From an uncultured Chloroflexia bacterium (GTDB taxonomy: Bacteria > Chloroflexota > Chloroflexia > QHBQ01 > JADMIH01): a DNA stretch of 64,000 nt. Under the pieces are notes generated by a model, which saw only the letters and a list, made by a program, of their open reading frames with translations, did no database searches and was not told the DNA's origin. How positions within the stretch are numbered: the first letter of the stretch is position 1; every line of letters starts with the position of its first letter. Made by a program: the position numbers and the translations under genes. Where the stretch lies: the NCBI GenBank assembly GCA_963797095.1, contig CAWCNY010000003.1, forward strand, positions 256,001 through 320,000. Direction: 5' to 3'. Shown piece by piece: positions 52,885 through 63,063 of the stretch.

Positions 52885-53688
52885 ATGCCAAAGATAACAG
52901 TCAACAACATAGAAATCTACTACGAGTTCAAGGGCAACCCTGACGGGCCCACCATTGTCTTCGTCAACGGCCTGCTCACCGATACCGCCAGTTGGAACGG
53001 GCATCTCCCCTTCTTCGAGGCGAAATATCGCTGCCTCGTCTATGACTGCCGGGGCCAGGGCCAATCGAGCAAGCCCGACCACATCTACGAAACCTCAATG
53101 CACGCCTCCGACCTCGCCTCCCTCGTAGACGCATTAGGGATCAACAAAGCGCACTTAATCGGCCTCTCCAACGGTGGGGCGGCTGTCCTCGACTACGCTT
53201 CCACCCACCCCGAACAGGTTACCGCCACAGTAGTATCGGGCGCATACCCATACGTTGACACGATCCTCAAGGTCAAGCTCACCTCATGGGTCAAAGCCAT
53301 GGAGTACGGCGGCAGCCCCCTCCGCTTCGACGTTGCCACTCCCTGGGTGTGGGGCGGTCGCTTCCTCGAAGAGAACTACGAAGGCCTCCTCCCCTACAGG
53401 GAAAAAGGCGCGAACATGCCCATCGAGTGGGCTATGAACCTGGTCAAAGGCGCGATGGTACACGACATCCGCGACAAACTGGCACAGGTATCAGCCCCAA
53501 CCCTGGTAATCGTCGGCGAGGAAGACGTGCTGACACCACCAGCTCTGGCGCGGTACATTACAGAACGCGTCCCCAACAGCGAGCTTTACATCCACCAGGG
53601 CCGTGGACACGCCTCCGCCCTCGAAGACCCCACCGGTTGGAGCGCCAAAGCACTCGAGTTCTTCACTCGTATAGAAGAGGCAGGCTAA
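52885..53688 (+). CDS. Alpha/beta hydrolase
   Basis: YDCRGQG, GLSNG nucleophile elbow, GEEDV, GH. Confidence 0.88.
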   Translation: MPKITVNNIEIYYEFKGNPDGPTIVFVNGLLTDTASWNGHLPFFEAKYRCLVYDCRGQGQSSKPDHIYETSMHASDLASLVDALGINKAHLIGLSNGGAAVLDYASTHPEQVTATVVSGAYPYVDTILKVKLTSWVKAMEYGGSPLRFDVATPWVWGGRFLEENYEGLLPYREKGANMPIEWAMNLVKGAMVHDIRDKLAQVSAPTLVIVGEEDVLTPPALARYITERVPNSELYIHQGRGHASALEDPTGWSAKALEFFTRIEEAG

Positions 53689-53690
53689 AG

Positions 53691-54485
53691 ATGCCATTCA
53701 TAAACGCAAACGACCTGAAAGTCTACTACACCGAGCGCGGGCAGGGCGAGCCTATCCTGTTCGTGCACGGCAACTGGAGCACCGCCCTATCCTGGCAGCG
53801 GGTGCTCGACCTGTTGCCGGACGGCTACCGAGGTATCGCCTACGACGTGCGCGGGCGCGGAGCCACCGGTGGCCCCGACAACGGCTACACTATGGCTGAG
53901 TTGGCGGCAGACCTCCTCGCCTTCGCCAACGCGCTAAACCTGCATAAATTCCACCTCGTCGGCCACTCGCTCGGCAGCGCCATTGCCATCCAATTCGCCC
54001 TCGAACACCCTGAGCGGCTCAACTCCCTGGTAATAGTTGCCCCAGCCTGGGTAGACGGCATGCCCGACGCCTACAATGTGCCCTCCGCCCAGCAGATGCT
54101 GAAGGACAACAAAACCTTCTTCGCCCAGGCATACAAGGCCATGATGCCCACCCTGGACGACGATGAATATTTCGAGCAGCTAGCCGATGAAGGGCACCGC
54201 CAGCGCATCGAAGCTACCATGCGCAACCTCCCCGCCCTCCTCGACTGGCGGCCTGGCGACAACCTGAAGGCAATTGGCGTCCCCTCAATCGTCATCAGTG
54301 GAGCGCTCGATGCCATGACAGGCGGGGCAAACGCCGAGCGCGCCGCCGAAGCCCTCGGCACCATTTCGGTAGTCATACCCAACGTTGGACACTCACCCAA
54401 CATAGAAGCGCCGCGAGACTTCGTGGCCCTCATGATCGATTTCATCTCCCAACTATCACCGGCATCCGGCGCGGCTTCCGGGTAA
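53691..54485 (+). CDS. Alpha/beta hydrolase
   Basis: VHGN, GHSLG, GHSPNIEAP. Confidence 0.88.
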   Translation: MPFINANDLKVYYTERGQGEPILFVHGNWSTALSWQRVLDLLPDGYRGIAYDVRGRGATGGPDNGYTMAELAADLLAFANALNLHKFHLVGHSLGSAIAIQFALEHPERLNSLVIVAPAWVDGMPDAYNVPSAQQMLKDNKTFFAQAYKAMMPTLDDDEYFEQLADEGHRQRIEATMRNLPALLDWRPGDNLKAIGVPSIVISGALDAMTGGANAERAAEALGTISVVIPNVGHSPNIEAPRDFVALMIDFISQLSPASGAASG

Positions 54486-54510
54486 GCATAACCAAGGAGG
54501 TAACGAACAT

Positions 54511-55581
54511 ATGAACACCCAGACTGAGCTTGCAGGAATAGCATCCTCAACCGCCGATACTGAACGTCTCAAGGTCCACTACTTCTCTGCCGGGCCTGAA
54601 AACGGAACGCCCGTCGTCCTGCTCCACGGCAACGTGTCGTCCGCCCTCTTCTGGGACGAAACGATCCCCGCCTTAGCAGGACAATACCGCGTTATAGCAC
54701 CCGACCTGCGCGGCTACGGCGATACCGAGGCCCTCCCCATAGACGCCACTCGCGGCCTGCGCGACTGGTCCGACGATCTGAAGGCCTTTGCAAACGCCCT
54801 GAACCTCGGGCGCTTCCACATAGTCGGCTGGTCAATGGGCGCGGGCGTCGCCATGCAATACGCCATGGATCACCCCGGCGATGTGCTCTCCCTAACCCTG
54901 ATAAGCCCCCTCGCACCCTACGGCTTCGGCGGCACCAAAGACATCCAGGGTACGCCCACATACCCCGATTTCGCGGGCTCCGGCGGCGGTACCGCCAACC
55001 CCGACTTCGTCAGGCTCCTCTCCGAAGGCGACCGCAGCGACAGCAGCCCCGTCACACCTCTCAACACCATGAACGCCTTCTACTTCAAGCCTCCTTTCCG
55101 CGTCCCCTCCGAGCGAGAGCAGCTATATATCACCTCGATGCTAAGCACCAAAATCGGAGATGGCTTCTATCCTGGCGATATGACCCCATCAGCCAACTGG
55201 CCCGCAGTAGCCCCGGGCACCAGGGGCATCAATAACTCCATGGCCCCCAACCACTGCAACCTCAGCGCCTTCTCAGGTATAGATCCCAGGCCCCCGGCGC
55301 TGTGGGTGCGCGGGGCCGAAGACCAGATCGTATCCGACACTTCATTCTTCGACTTCGGCTTCCTTGGTCAAATAGGCGCTGTGCCCGGCTGGCCCGGCGC
55401 GGAAGAGTACCCGCCACAGCCGATGGTGAGCCAGATGCGCGACGTAATGGACACTTACAAGAACGCGGGCGGCGAATACACCGAAGTGGTCGTTGCCGAC
55501 TGCGGCCACTCCCCGCACATCGAAAAACCGCAAGAGTTTCAGGCTGCTCTACTCAAGCACTTACAAGCGGCAGCTAAATAG
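54511..55581 (+). CDS. Alpha/beta hydrolase
   Basis: LHGN, DLRGYG, GWSMG, GHSPHIE. Confidence 0.88.
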   Translation: MNTQTELAGIASSTADTERLKVHYFSAGPENGTPVVLLHGNVSSALFWDETIPALAGQYRVIAPDLRGYGDTEALPIDATRGLRDWSDDLKAFANALNLGRFHIVGWSMGAGVAMQYAMDHPGDVLSLTLISPLAPYGFGGTKDIQGTPTYPDFAGSGGGTANPDFVRLLSEGDRSDSSPVTPLNTMNAFYFKPPFRVPSEREQLYITSMLSTKIGDGFYPGDMTPSANWPAVAPGTRGINNSMAPNHCNLSAFSGIDPRPPALWVRGAEDQIVSDTSFFDFGFLGQIGAVPGWPGAEEYPPQPMVSQMRDVMDTYKNAGGEYTEVVVADCGHSPHIEKPQEFQAALLKHLQAAAK

Positions 55582-55759
55582 TATTGCACGGTGGCATGCG
55601 GCAACTCAACCAATGCCCATGCCTGAATAAGAGGAGGAAAGCCTATCGCAAGAGCATAAAAAGGCGAGCAAAGACTGTAGGTCTGATCCGGCGAGCGGTG
55701 AGGGAAACGCCGTATCCGACTCGCAACAAACAATCACTTCCACAAGGAGGAGAAAGCTA

Positions 55760-57568
55760 ATGTTCAAGAACAGAAAACGGGACTTCTCGATCGTGGCTAC
55801 GCTGATGCTCATGCTCAGCATCTTGCCCACAGCGGGAGCAACCTTCGCGCAGGGCGACTCTCGCACATTCCCTGAAACCGGGCATACCGTATCGGGGAAG
55901 TTCCTCGATTATTGGACCAACCACGGCGGTCTGGCCCAGCAGGGCTACCCCATCACCGATGAATTGCAGGATGTTTCGCCCACCGACGGCAAAACATACA
56001 CCATGCAATACTTCGAGCGCGCAGTGTTCGAGTTGCACCCTGAAAACTCCGCTCCCAACGATGTGCTCCTTTCGCTCCTGGGCGTCTTCCAATACAAGGC
56101 GAAATATGGCGTAGAAGGCGTCTTGAACCAGACAGCAAGCACAGAGGCAGGCGCACAGAAGTTCTCGGAAACGGGGCACACAGTGGGTGGCGCGTTCCTC
56201 GACTACTGGAACAAGAACGGTGGATTGGCCCAGCAGGGCTACCCCATCACCGACGAGTTCCAGGAGAAATCGGACCTCGACGGCAAGACCTATACGGTCC
56301 AGTACTTCGAGCGCGCAGTGTTCGAGTCGCACCCTGAGAACCAGGCTCCCTACAACGTGCTCCTGTCTCAGCTTGGCACCTTCTCCTGGAAGGAGAAGCA
56401 GGCAGCCGCCGATGGGCCTATCACCGTCGGCCTGTTGACCGACGACTCTGGCGCGCTCGCTATCTATGGCCCCATGCTTGAGCGTGGCTTCGCGCTTGGT
56501 CTGCAATACGCGACCAACGGCACCAACATGGTGGCGGGCCGCGAGATCAATGTAGTAACCAAAGACACCGCCAGCAACGTCGATACAGCTACCAACCTGG
56601 CTCGCGAGGCAATCGAGAAGGACGGAGCCGATATTCTTGTCGGTGTCCCAAGCTCCGCTGCGGCGCTCGCCGTGTCGAGCGTGGCCGCACAGAACAAGGT
56701 CGTCTACCTGGCCGGGCCTGCTGCCTCCCCCGACCTGACCGGCAAGAGCTTCAACGAATACACCTTCCGCGCAGGCCGCAGCAGCATACACGATGCGCTG
56801 ACGATGGGCTCGGCTCTCCTGGGCCTCGGCAAGACCTTTGTGCAGATCGCGCCCGACTACGCCTTTGGCCGTGGCTCGGCCCAGGCGTTCTACAACGTGA
56901 TCAAGTCCAAGGGCGGCACCTTCCCGGTGAGCGATAACGACACCGACTTCGGCACCATCTTCGCTCCCCAGGATACCACCAACTTCGGCCCCTACCTGAA
57001 CAAGGTGCTCGACTCCGGGGCTGATGTCCTGATCGTAACGTGGGCAGGCACAGGCTTCGTGCCTCTCTTCCAGCAAATGCAGCAGCTTGGCGTGTTCGAC
57101 AGCATGACTGTAGCCACCGGCATGGGCGACAACCAGACTATGGCGAAGGGCTACGCCGACGCTATCGGTTCGGTGGGCGTCAGCGTCTACCACTACACCC
57201 TCTACGACAACCCCATCAACAACTGGCTGGTCGAGCAGCACAAAGCCAAGTATAATACGCCTCCCGACCTCTTTACCGAGGGCGGCTTCGATGCAGCCAT
57301 TATGATGGTGCGGTCGATATACGCTAACTTCGGTAGCACCGACTCGGCAGGTCTGATAAAATCGTTGGAGGGCATGCAGTTCGACGGGCCGAAGGGCAGC
57401 TATACTGTGCGCGCTTCGGACCACGACCTGCTACAGCCAATGTCGCTGGTGAAGTTGGTCAACACCACCGACCCCGACTACAAGTTCTTCCAGCTAGTGA
57501 AGACGTTCGCTCCTGAAGAGACAGCGCCTCCCTGCTCTGTCCCCGCCGAGTTGAACAGATGTAAATAA
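55760..57568 (+). CDS. Branched-chain-type ABC substrate-binding protein with two N-terminal FPETGH modules
   Basis: Signal peptide, two FPETGH/FSETGH repeats, then a LivJ-like domain (PDYAFG, FDGPKG). Confidence 0.88.
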   Translation: MFKNRKRDFSIVATLMLMLSILPTAGATFAQGDSRTFPETGHTVSGKFLDYWTNHGGLAQQGYPITDELQDVSPTDGKTYTMQYFERAVFELHPENSAPNDVLLSLLGVFQYKAKYGVEGVLNQTASTEAGAQKFSETGHTVGGAFLDYWNKNGGLAQQGYPITDEFQEKSDLDGKTYTVQYFERAVFESHPENQAPYNVLLSQLGTFSWKEKQAAADGPITVGLLTDDSGALAIYGPMLERGFALGLQYATNGTNMVAGREINVVTKDTASNVDTATNLAREAIEKDGADILVGVPSSAAALAVSSVAAQNKVVYLAGPAASPDLTGKSFNEYTFRAGRSSIHDALTMGSALLGLGKTFVQIAPDYAFGRGSAQAFYNVIKSKGGTFPVSDNDTDFGTIFAPQDTTNFGPYLNKVLDSGADVLIVTWAGTGFVPLFQQMQQLGVFDSMTVATGMGDNQTMAKGYADAIGSVGVSVYHYTLYDNPINNWLVEQHKAKYNTPPDLFTEGGFDAAIMMVRSIYANFGSTDSAGLIKSLEGMQFDGPKGSYTVRASDHDLLQPMSLVKLVNTTDPDYKFFQLVKTFAPEETAPPCSVPAELNRCK

Positions 57569-57796
57569 ACTACACGTTTTACGGGGGCGGGTCTCCGTGC
57601 CCGCCCCAGGGTCACAAGGGCTACCCGTGTGGCAATGCAACCCACAAAGGTGGCCCAGGTACGAGCGATGGCATACAGGCCCTGCTAGCCCGCGCCCTAC
57701 CCATATGCCACTGCCCGCACGCCACTCATATGTACCGAAGGAGGTCGAACACGGCCCAGAGCGCAGCCCCTATAGATGGCCTACCGACCAAGCCAA

Positions 57797-57878
57797 GTCC
57801 CGAAGGGACGCAAGAGAGTAGCCCTGCGGTAAGCCCTGCGGTAAGCCCAAAATGATGCCATGGCCCCGTAGGGGCGTA
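57797..57878. repeat. REP-like element, copy 3
   Basis: gtcccgaagggacg...agccctgcggtaagccctgcgg...gccccgtaggggcg. Confidence 0.7.
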
Positions 57879-58052
57879 AGAACATTCACTCCAGCCATGT
57901 ATGATCCAACCCTCTACCATCCCGACGGGACCATAGTAGAACCAAAGCAAGGAGTGAATGCTAAACAACATACAACCCAAACGCTATCTAGCCCCACCAC
58001 CAACCCACACGCCAAACTTCAAACTTCAAACCTCGAACTTCAACCTATAATG

Positions 58053-58186
58053 ACCACCCGAAAGTACACCCCAAAACCTGTCCAGTTTTCCCCCACCATT
58101 GCCATTAAGTTAACGGAGGGCAGATCTAACAACCTTTCCATCAAACAACCAGTTTCCGGATCATCGACCATACCAAAGTACGCATC
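58053..58186. repeat. ~135-bp dispersed module, second full copy
   Basis: Aligns with 16227-16359, and the first 28 nt are identical. Confidence 0.75.
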
Positions 58187-58242
58187 CATGCCCGATCTCA
58201 CAGGCCCCTGAGAATAAAGAAATAAACCACAGCACAAATCCT

Positions 58243-59073
58243 ATGACCAACCCACCCATAATCGAGACAAGCGAACTTTCCAGGCACTTCGGCGGCTTGC
58301 GCGCCGTAGACCGCGTGAGCCTGCGCGTGCAGGAAGGCACACTCCACTCGATCATAGGGCCAAACGGAGCGGGAAAGACCACCCTCTTCAACCTGATCAG
58401 CGGCACGCTCAAGCCAACCGGTGGTCGCGTCTTCCTGAGAGGGCACGACATAACGGGCACCTCCTTGCACCGCATGGCGCATCTCGGCATCGGGCGCTCG
58501 TTCCAGATCACCAACGTCTTCCCCAGCCTGACCGTATTGGAAAACGCAAGGCTGGCTGCCCAGGCCCTTGGGCACGACAATCTCAACGTATGGTCGCGAG
58601 CCGTCCGCTTCCGGCGCTACGAAGACAAGGCTATAGAGGCCCTGCAAACCGTAGGCCTTGTAGACAAAGCATTTCAGCCTTCTTCCGTCTTGCCCCACGG
58701 CGACAAACGCAAGCTGGAGCTTGCCATTCTCCTGGCTGCCGAACCTAAAGTGCTCCTCCTTGACGAGCCGACCGCCGGCATGGCCTCAGAGCAAGTGCCG
58801 GTGCTACTGGAGATAATACGAGGTATCATGCAGGGCGGCGACAGGACGATCCTGCTGGTCGAGCACAACATGGACATCGTAATGAACGTATCGGACCGCA
58901 TTACCGTCATGCACCAGGGCAGCGTGCTTGCCGAAGGCACGCCCGACGAGATACGCAACAGCCCCGCCGTGCAGCACGCCTATCTGGGCGAGAGCCTGAA
59001 CGAGCCGAGCACCAAGGTCGCGGGGGCAGTCACGCAGCCGGCGAAAGTGGAAGGTGACAAAAATGGCCGGTAG
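58243..59073 (+). CDS. Branched-chain ABC ATPase (LivG-like)
   Basis: GPNGAGKTT, LLDEPTAG, VEHNM, AYLG. Confidence 0.92.
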   Translation: MTNPPIIETSELSRHFGGLRAVDRVSLRVQEGTLHSIIGPNGAGKTTLFNLISGTLKPTGGRVFLRGHDITGTSLHRMAHLGIGRSFQITNVFPSLTVLENARLAAQALGHDNLNVWSRAVRFRRYEDKAIEALQTVGLVDKAFQPSSVLPHGDKRKLELAILLAAEPKVLLLDEPTAGMASEQVPVLLEIIRGIMQGGDRTILLVEHNMDIVMNVSDRITVMHQGSVLAEGTPDEIRNSPAVQHAYLGESLNEPSTKVAGAVTQPAKVEGDKNGR

Positions 59074-59770
59074 CCTGCTCACCGTCGAGAATATCGACAC
59101 CTTCATCGGCCAGTACCACATCCTCGAAGGCGTATCCCTTGAGGTGCCCCAGGGAAGCATCACCGCTTTGCTGGGGCGTAATGGCGCTGGCAAAACCACC
59201 ACCCTCAAATCGATCATGGGCCTCCTGTCTCCCCGCACCGGCAAGATAGTGTTCGGCGGCGAGGAGATACAGGGCTGGCCCCCCTACACCGTGGCCGCGC
59301 GCGGGGTTGGATATGTGCCTGAGCACCGGGCCGTCTTCCGCGACCTGACCGTGGAGCAGAACCTCAAAATAGCCGAGCGACGCAAAGGCGACCTCGCCAA
59401 GCGCACCGATCTCATCTTCGACCTCTTCCCCGACCTGAAGCGGTTCTATAAACTGTCGGGCGGGCAGCTATCGGGCGGGCAACAGCAGATGCTGTCTATA
59501 GCCCGCGCGCTGGTAGCCGACAACCGCCTGCTGCTGATTGACGAGCCGAGTGAGGGCCTCGCGCCCATCATCATCGAGCACATAGTAGAGGCCCTGCGCC
59601 GCCTGTCCGAGCATATAACCGTGATGCTCGTCGAGCAGAACTTCCGCATGGCCTCGCAACTGGCCGACCGCTATTATATCCTGGACGACGGCCACACCGT
59701 CAGCGAAGGCCAAATGTCCGACCTTGTTAGCAACCAGCCTCTGATTACTCGCTACCTGGGAGCAGCATGA
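59063..59770 (+). CDS. Branched-chain ABC ATPase (LivF-like)
   Basis: GRNGAGKTT, LSGGQQQM, DEPSEGLAP, VEQN. Confidence 0.92.
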   Translation: MAGSLLTVENIDTFIGQYHILEGVSLEVPQGSITALLGRNGAGKTTTLKSIMGLLSPRTGKIVFGGEEIQGWPPYTVAARGVGYVPEHRAVFRDLTVEQNLKIAERRKGDLAKRTDLIFDLFPDLKRFYKLSGGQLSGGQQQMLSIARALVADNRLLLIDEPSEGLAPIIIEHIVEALRRLSEHITVMLVEQNFRMASQLADRYYILDDGHTVSEGQMSDLVSNQPLITRYLGAA

Positions 59771-61281
59771 CCGCAACACTGAGCAGATACAGGCCCTTCA
59801 TCATCACAGTGCTTGTGATCGCGCTGTTGCTGGCCTTTATGTTGCAGCAATACGCGCCCACCATCACCGCCAATATCGTGCTATCCGGTCTGACGCTTGG
59901 TGCGCTCTATTTCCTGGTGACCTCCGGCCTCTCCCTGATCTTCGGCCTGATGGATGTGCTCAACTTCGCACACGGCATCTTCTTCATGCTTGGGGCCTAC
60001 CTGGGCTACACCATGTACGCCAACCCACGCATGATCCTGAACACCCTGCCTTTCGTGCTTGCATTACTGGGGGCGGTGGCGGTCGGCGTGTGGCTCGCTA
60101 CCCTCCTCCCAAGAGGCTCATTCTCACGACAGTTCGACCGCGCTATAGCCATAGGACTTGGGGTAGTGGGCGGAGGACTGACCTTATGGGCCGTGTGGGG
60201 CTTCGATCTGCTCAAGCTGGCAGCCAACGACGCCACCTCCGCCGGGGGCGCGGTCCCAACCGATCAGGCGCAAGAGCCTGCCGACCAGTACATAACCCGG
60301 CTCTTGATACTGGGAGTGGCAGGGCTGCTGCTGGGCCTTGCGCTCACCCGCAACACCGTGGCCGAAGGGCGCGCAGGGAGGGCAAACCTGCTCGGCCTCG
60401 CAGGTGGCCTTGTTTCTATCGCCCTGGCGCTTCTGCTCGTCGGCTGGCGCACCCCCGGCGAAACATTCCTGCTCGGCCTGTCGTCCGACCTGCGCTTCTT
60501 GCTGGCGCTGGTGGCGGGTGCGGCAGGCGGGGCCATCGTGGGGGCGCTGGTCGAGACCAGCATGATACGCCCTCTGTACGCCCGTCCCATCTATCAGGTC
60601 CTCCTCACGCTTGGTCTCGTCTTCGTGGGCACCGAGGCGGTCAAGGCGATATGGGGGCCCGTTGGCTACTACATGGACATCCCGGCCTTCTTCAGCACCA
60701 GAGGCGACAACTGCCCGGCCCCCGACATCCTATCGTGGTTCAGCAGCCACTGCGCTTCCATCGACGTGCTCGGCAGGCCCTTCCCAAGCTATCGCATCTT
60801 CATTATCGCGCTGGGCATAATAGTGTTCGTGGGGGTGCTGCTGCTGCTCCAGCGCACAAGGTTGGGCATGATCATACGCGCCGGCGTGCAGGACCGCGAT
60901 ATGGTGCAGGCGCTCGGCATCAACGTGCGCAGAGTCTTCACCCTGGTGTTTGCCCTCGGCTGCGGCCTGGCCGCATTGGGCGGGGTGGCTGCCGCTCCCT
61001 TCCTTGGGGTCAACCTGGGCCTGGCGCAAGACTTCCTGCTGCTGGCGTTCATCGCCATAGTGATCGGAGGCATGGGGAGCTACACCGGCGCGGCAATAGG
61101 CGCTCTCCTGGTGGGGCTGGCGCGCTCCTTCGGAGACCAGCTTGTGCTGTCGGGCATTACTCTCCCCGGTATGACCGAAGCCATGACCTTCTCGCCCTCG
61201 ATAGCCCGCGCGTCGACGGTGCTACTGATGGCGATAGTGCTGCTGATAAGGCCCGCCGGCCTCTTCGGGAGGAAAGAGTGA
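59767..61281 (+). CDS. Branched-chain ABC permease (LivH-like, with long internal insertion)
   Basis: GLSLIFGLMDVLNFAHG, TRLGMIIRAG, IGGMGS, RPAGLFG. Confidence 0.88.
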   Translation: MTATLSRYRPFIITVLVIALLLAFMLQQYAPTITANIVLSGLTLGALYFLVTSGLSLIFGLMDVLNFAHGIFFMLGAYLGYTMYANPRMILNTLPFVLALLGAVAVGVWLATLLPRGSFSRQFDRAIAIGLGVVGGGLTLWAVWGFDLLKLAANDATSAGGAVPTDQAQEPADQYITRLLILGVAGLLLGLALTRNTVAEGRAGRANLLGLAGGLVSIALALLLVGWRTPGETFLLGLSSDLRFLLALVAGAAGGAIVGALVETSMIRPLYARPIYQVLLTLGLVFVGTEAVKAIWGPVGYYMDIPAFFSTRGDNCPAPDILSWFSSHCASIDVLGRPFPSYRIFIIALGIIVFVGVLLLLQRTRLGMIIRAGVQDRDMVQALGINVRRVFTLVFALGCGLAALGGVAAAPFLGVNLGLAQDFLLLAFIAIVIGGMGSYTGAAIGALLVGLARSFGDQLVLSGITLPGMTEAMTFSPSIARASTVLLMAIVLLIRPAGLFGRKE

Positions 61282-62372
61282 TGGAGACCGCCCAGGCAAC
61301 TGCAACACGCTCATCTCAGGGGGTGAGGCGCACCGGCGGGCTATCTCGCATCATCACGCTGCTGGTTGTGGTGGCGGCGCTGGCGGCCTTTCCGTTCATC
61401 CTGTCGGCCCTCACCGGGCAACCCGTCGACTCAGGCACTCCCAAGTTCTGGGAGGGCATGATCATACAGGTCTTCATCCTCGCCGTTTACGCCGTCAGCT
61501 ACGACCTGCTGATGGGCTACACAGGCATCCTCTCGTTCGGGCACGCCATGTTCTACGGAACAGGCTCGTATGTCACAGCCATACTGCTCTTGCATGCCAG
61601 TTGGGACCTGTGGGCCGTGGCTCTGGTCGTCCTGGGTGTGGCTCTGCTGCAATCGCTCCTGATCGGGGTGATATCGTTGCGCGTGCATGGGGTCTACCTG
61701 GCGATGGTCACTCTCGCCTTCGCCCAGATGTTCTTCATCCTGGCCGAGGCCACCGACTTCCGTGATTGGACCGGGGCCGAGGACGGGCTACACGGTGTGC
61801 CCGTTCCCGAATGGCTCGACCCCACCAACGAGCGGCTGCGCTTCTATTACATCGCGCTCGCTTTCGCTGTCGTCATGTACCTGGTTGCGCGCCGGGTAGT
61901 CGAGTCGCCGGTCGGCCATGTAATGGTAGCCATCCGCGAGAACGAGGCCCGCGCCCAGATGATAGGGTACAACACCTTCGTGTTCAAGCTGATCGCCCTT
62001 ACGCTGTCGGGCATGCTCGCGGCGCTGGCCGGGCTGATGTACGCTCTTTGGAACCAGGGGGCCAACTCCGCAACACTGAGCGTAAATACTACCGTGAACG
62101 CCCTGCTCATGACCATCATCGGCGGCGTCGGCACCCTCATTGGGCCGATGCTGGGGGCAGGTCTGCTCCAATTACTCGGCTATTGGCTCAACGACATCTT
62201 CGGCCCGCGCTGGCCCCTCATCTTCGGCATTATCTACATCCTGATAGTCCTGTTCTTCCCCTATGGTCTGGTGGGCACATGGAAACTGCGCACCGGAGCA
62301 TGGCGAGAGGCGTGGGGCGGGCGTCTGCAACGGCTCGCCAACTGGCGGCCAAGCGGCTCTGAGCAAGGCTAA
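61281..62372 (+). CDS. Branched-chain ABC permease (LivM-like)
   Basis: GYTGILSFGH, YLAMVTLAF, AIRENE, GGVGTLIGP. The true start is at 61278/61281. Confidence 0.9.
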   Translation: METAQATATRSSQGVRRTGGLSRIITLLVVVAALAAFPFILSALTGQPVDSGTPKFWEGMIIQVFILAVYAVSYDLLMGYTGILSFGHAMFYGTGSYVTAILLLHASWDLWAVALVVLGVALLQSLLIGVISLRVHGVYLAMVTLAFAQMFFILAEATDFRDWTGAEDGLHGVPVPEWLDPTNERLRFYYIALAFAVVMYLVARRVVESPVGHVMVAIRENEARAQMIGYNTFVFKLIALTLSGMLAALAGLMYALWNQGANSATLSVNTTVNALLMTIIGGVGTLIGPMLGAGLLQLLGYWLNDIFGPRWPLIFGIIYILIVLFFPYGLVGTWKLRTGAWREAWGGRLQRLANWRPSGSEQG

Positions 62373-62439
62373 GTTTCACCTCTACATAGTGCGTAAGCGC
62401 CTCCAAGAGAGATTGATCCCTCAATTTTGCCGAATGCCC

Positions 62440-62495
62440 TTGACAAATCGCGCAAAATGGTTTATATATAAACTATATAGTTTAAGTGTAAACTA
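62440..62495 (+). promoter_or_regulatory. Promoter with overlapping MarR-type palindromic operators
   Basis: TTGACA at 62440, palindromes TAAACTATATAGTTTA (62469-62484) and TAGTTTA-agtg-TAAACTA (62478-62495). Confidence 0.7.
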
Positions 62496-62536
62496 ATTCG
62501 GAAACGGCAGAGGAGAAACAAAAGGCAGGGATAACG

Positions 62537-62974
62537 ATGGCGAAGCTCAAGGATGCAAGAGTGCTGGCGTGGCTTTATATGATGCGGGTCTTCAACAAAA
62601 TGGAGCGCCTGGGCGGTGAGCATATACAGGGGCTAGGTTTGACTGCCGCACAGTTCGATCTACTGTCTCAGCTCAGCGTAAACGAGGGTATCAGCCAGCA
62701 GGGGTTGTCCGACAAGCTATTCGTCACCAAGGGCAACGTTTGCGGACTGCTCGACCGCATGGAGCAAAAAGGGTGGGTAGAGCGCAAAAGCGACCCCGAC
62801 GACCGGCGAGCACATCGCCTCTTCCTCACCGAGGAAGGGCGCAAGCTAGCTGAATGCATAATGCCTGCTCACGAGCAGTTCATAGCCCGGCAGATGGAAG
62901 CGCTAACTGACGAGGAGCAAGCTACACTCCGCTCGCTGCTCAGGCAACTGGACAAATCCCTAACCACAAAATAG
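62537..62974 (+). CDS. MarR family regulator
   Basis: GLTAAQFDLL, SQQGLS, DDRR...LTEEG. Confidence 0.92.
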   Translation: MAKLKDARVLAWLYMMRVFNKMERLGGEHIQGLGLTAAQFDLLSQLSVNEGISQQGLSDKLFVTKGNVCGLLDRMEQKGWVERKSDPDDRRAHRLFLTEEGRKLAECIMPAHEQFIARQMEALTDEEQATLRSLLRQLDKSLTTK

Positions 62975-63063
62975 GTTCCTCTTTTTGACCAAACCCGATC
63001 GGTTTACACAACAAACGGTAAAAAAGAAACTCAATTCACATAAAGAACAGGAGCATAACTAAA

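Noticed and set aside
55757-57424. 555-aa antisense ORF, and similar ones at 35741-38905
   Set aside because: Antisense shadows of well-supported genes, caused by high GC and codon bias.
60090-61277. 760-aa ORF with a long N-terminal extension
   Set aside because: The extension overlaps livH in another frame. The real LivM start is at 61278/61281.
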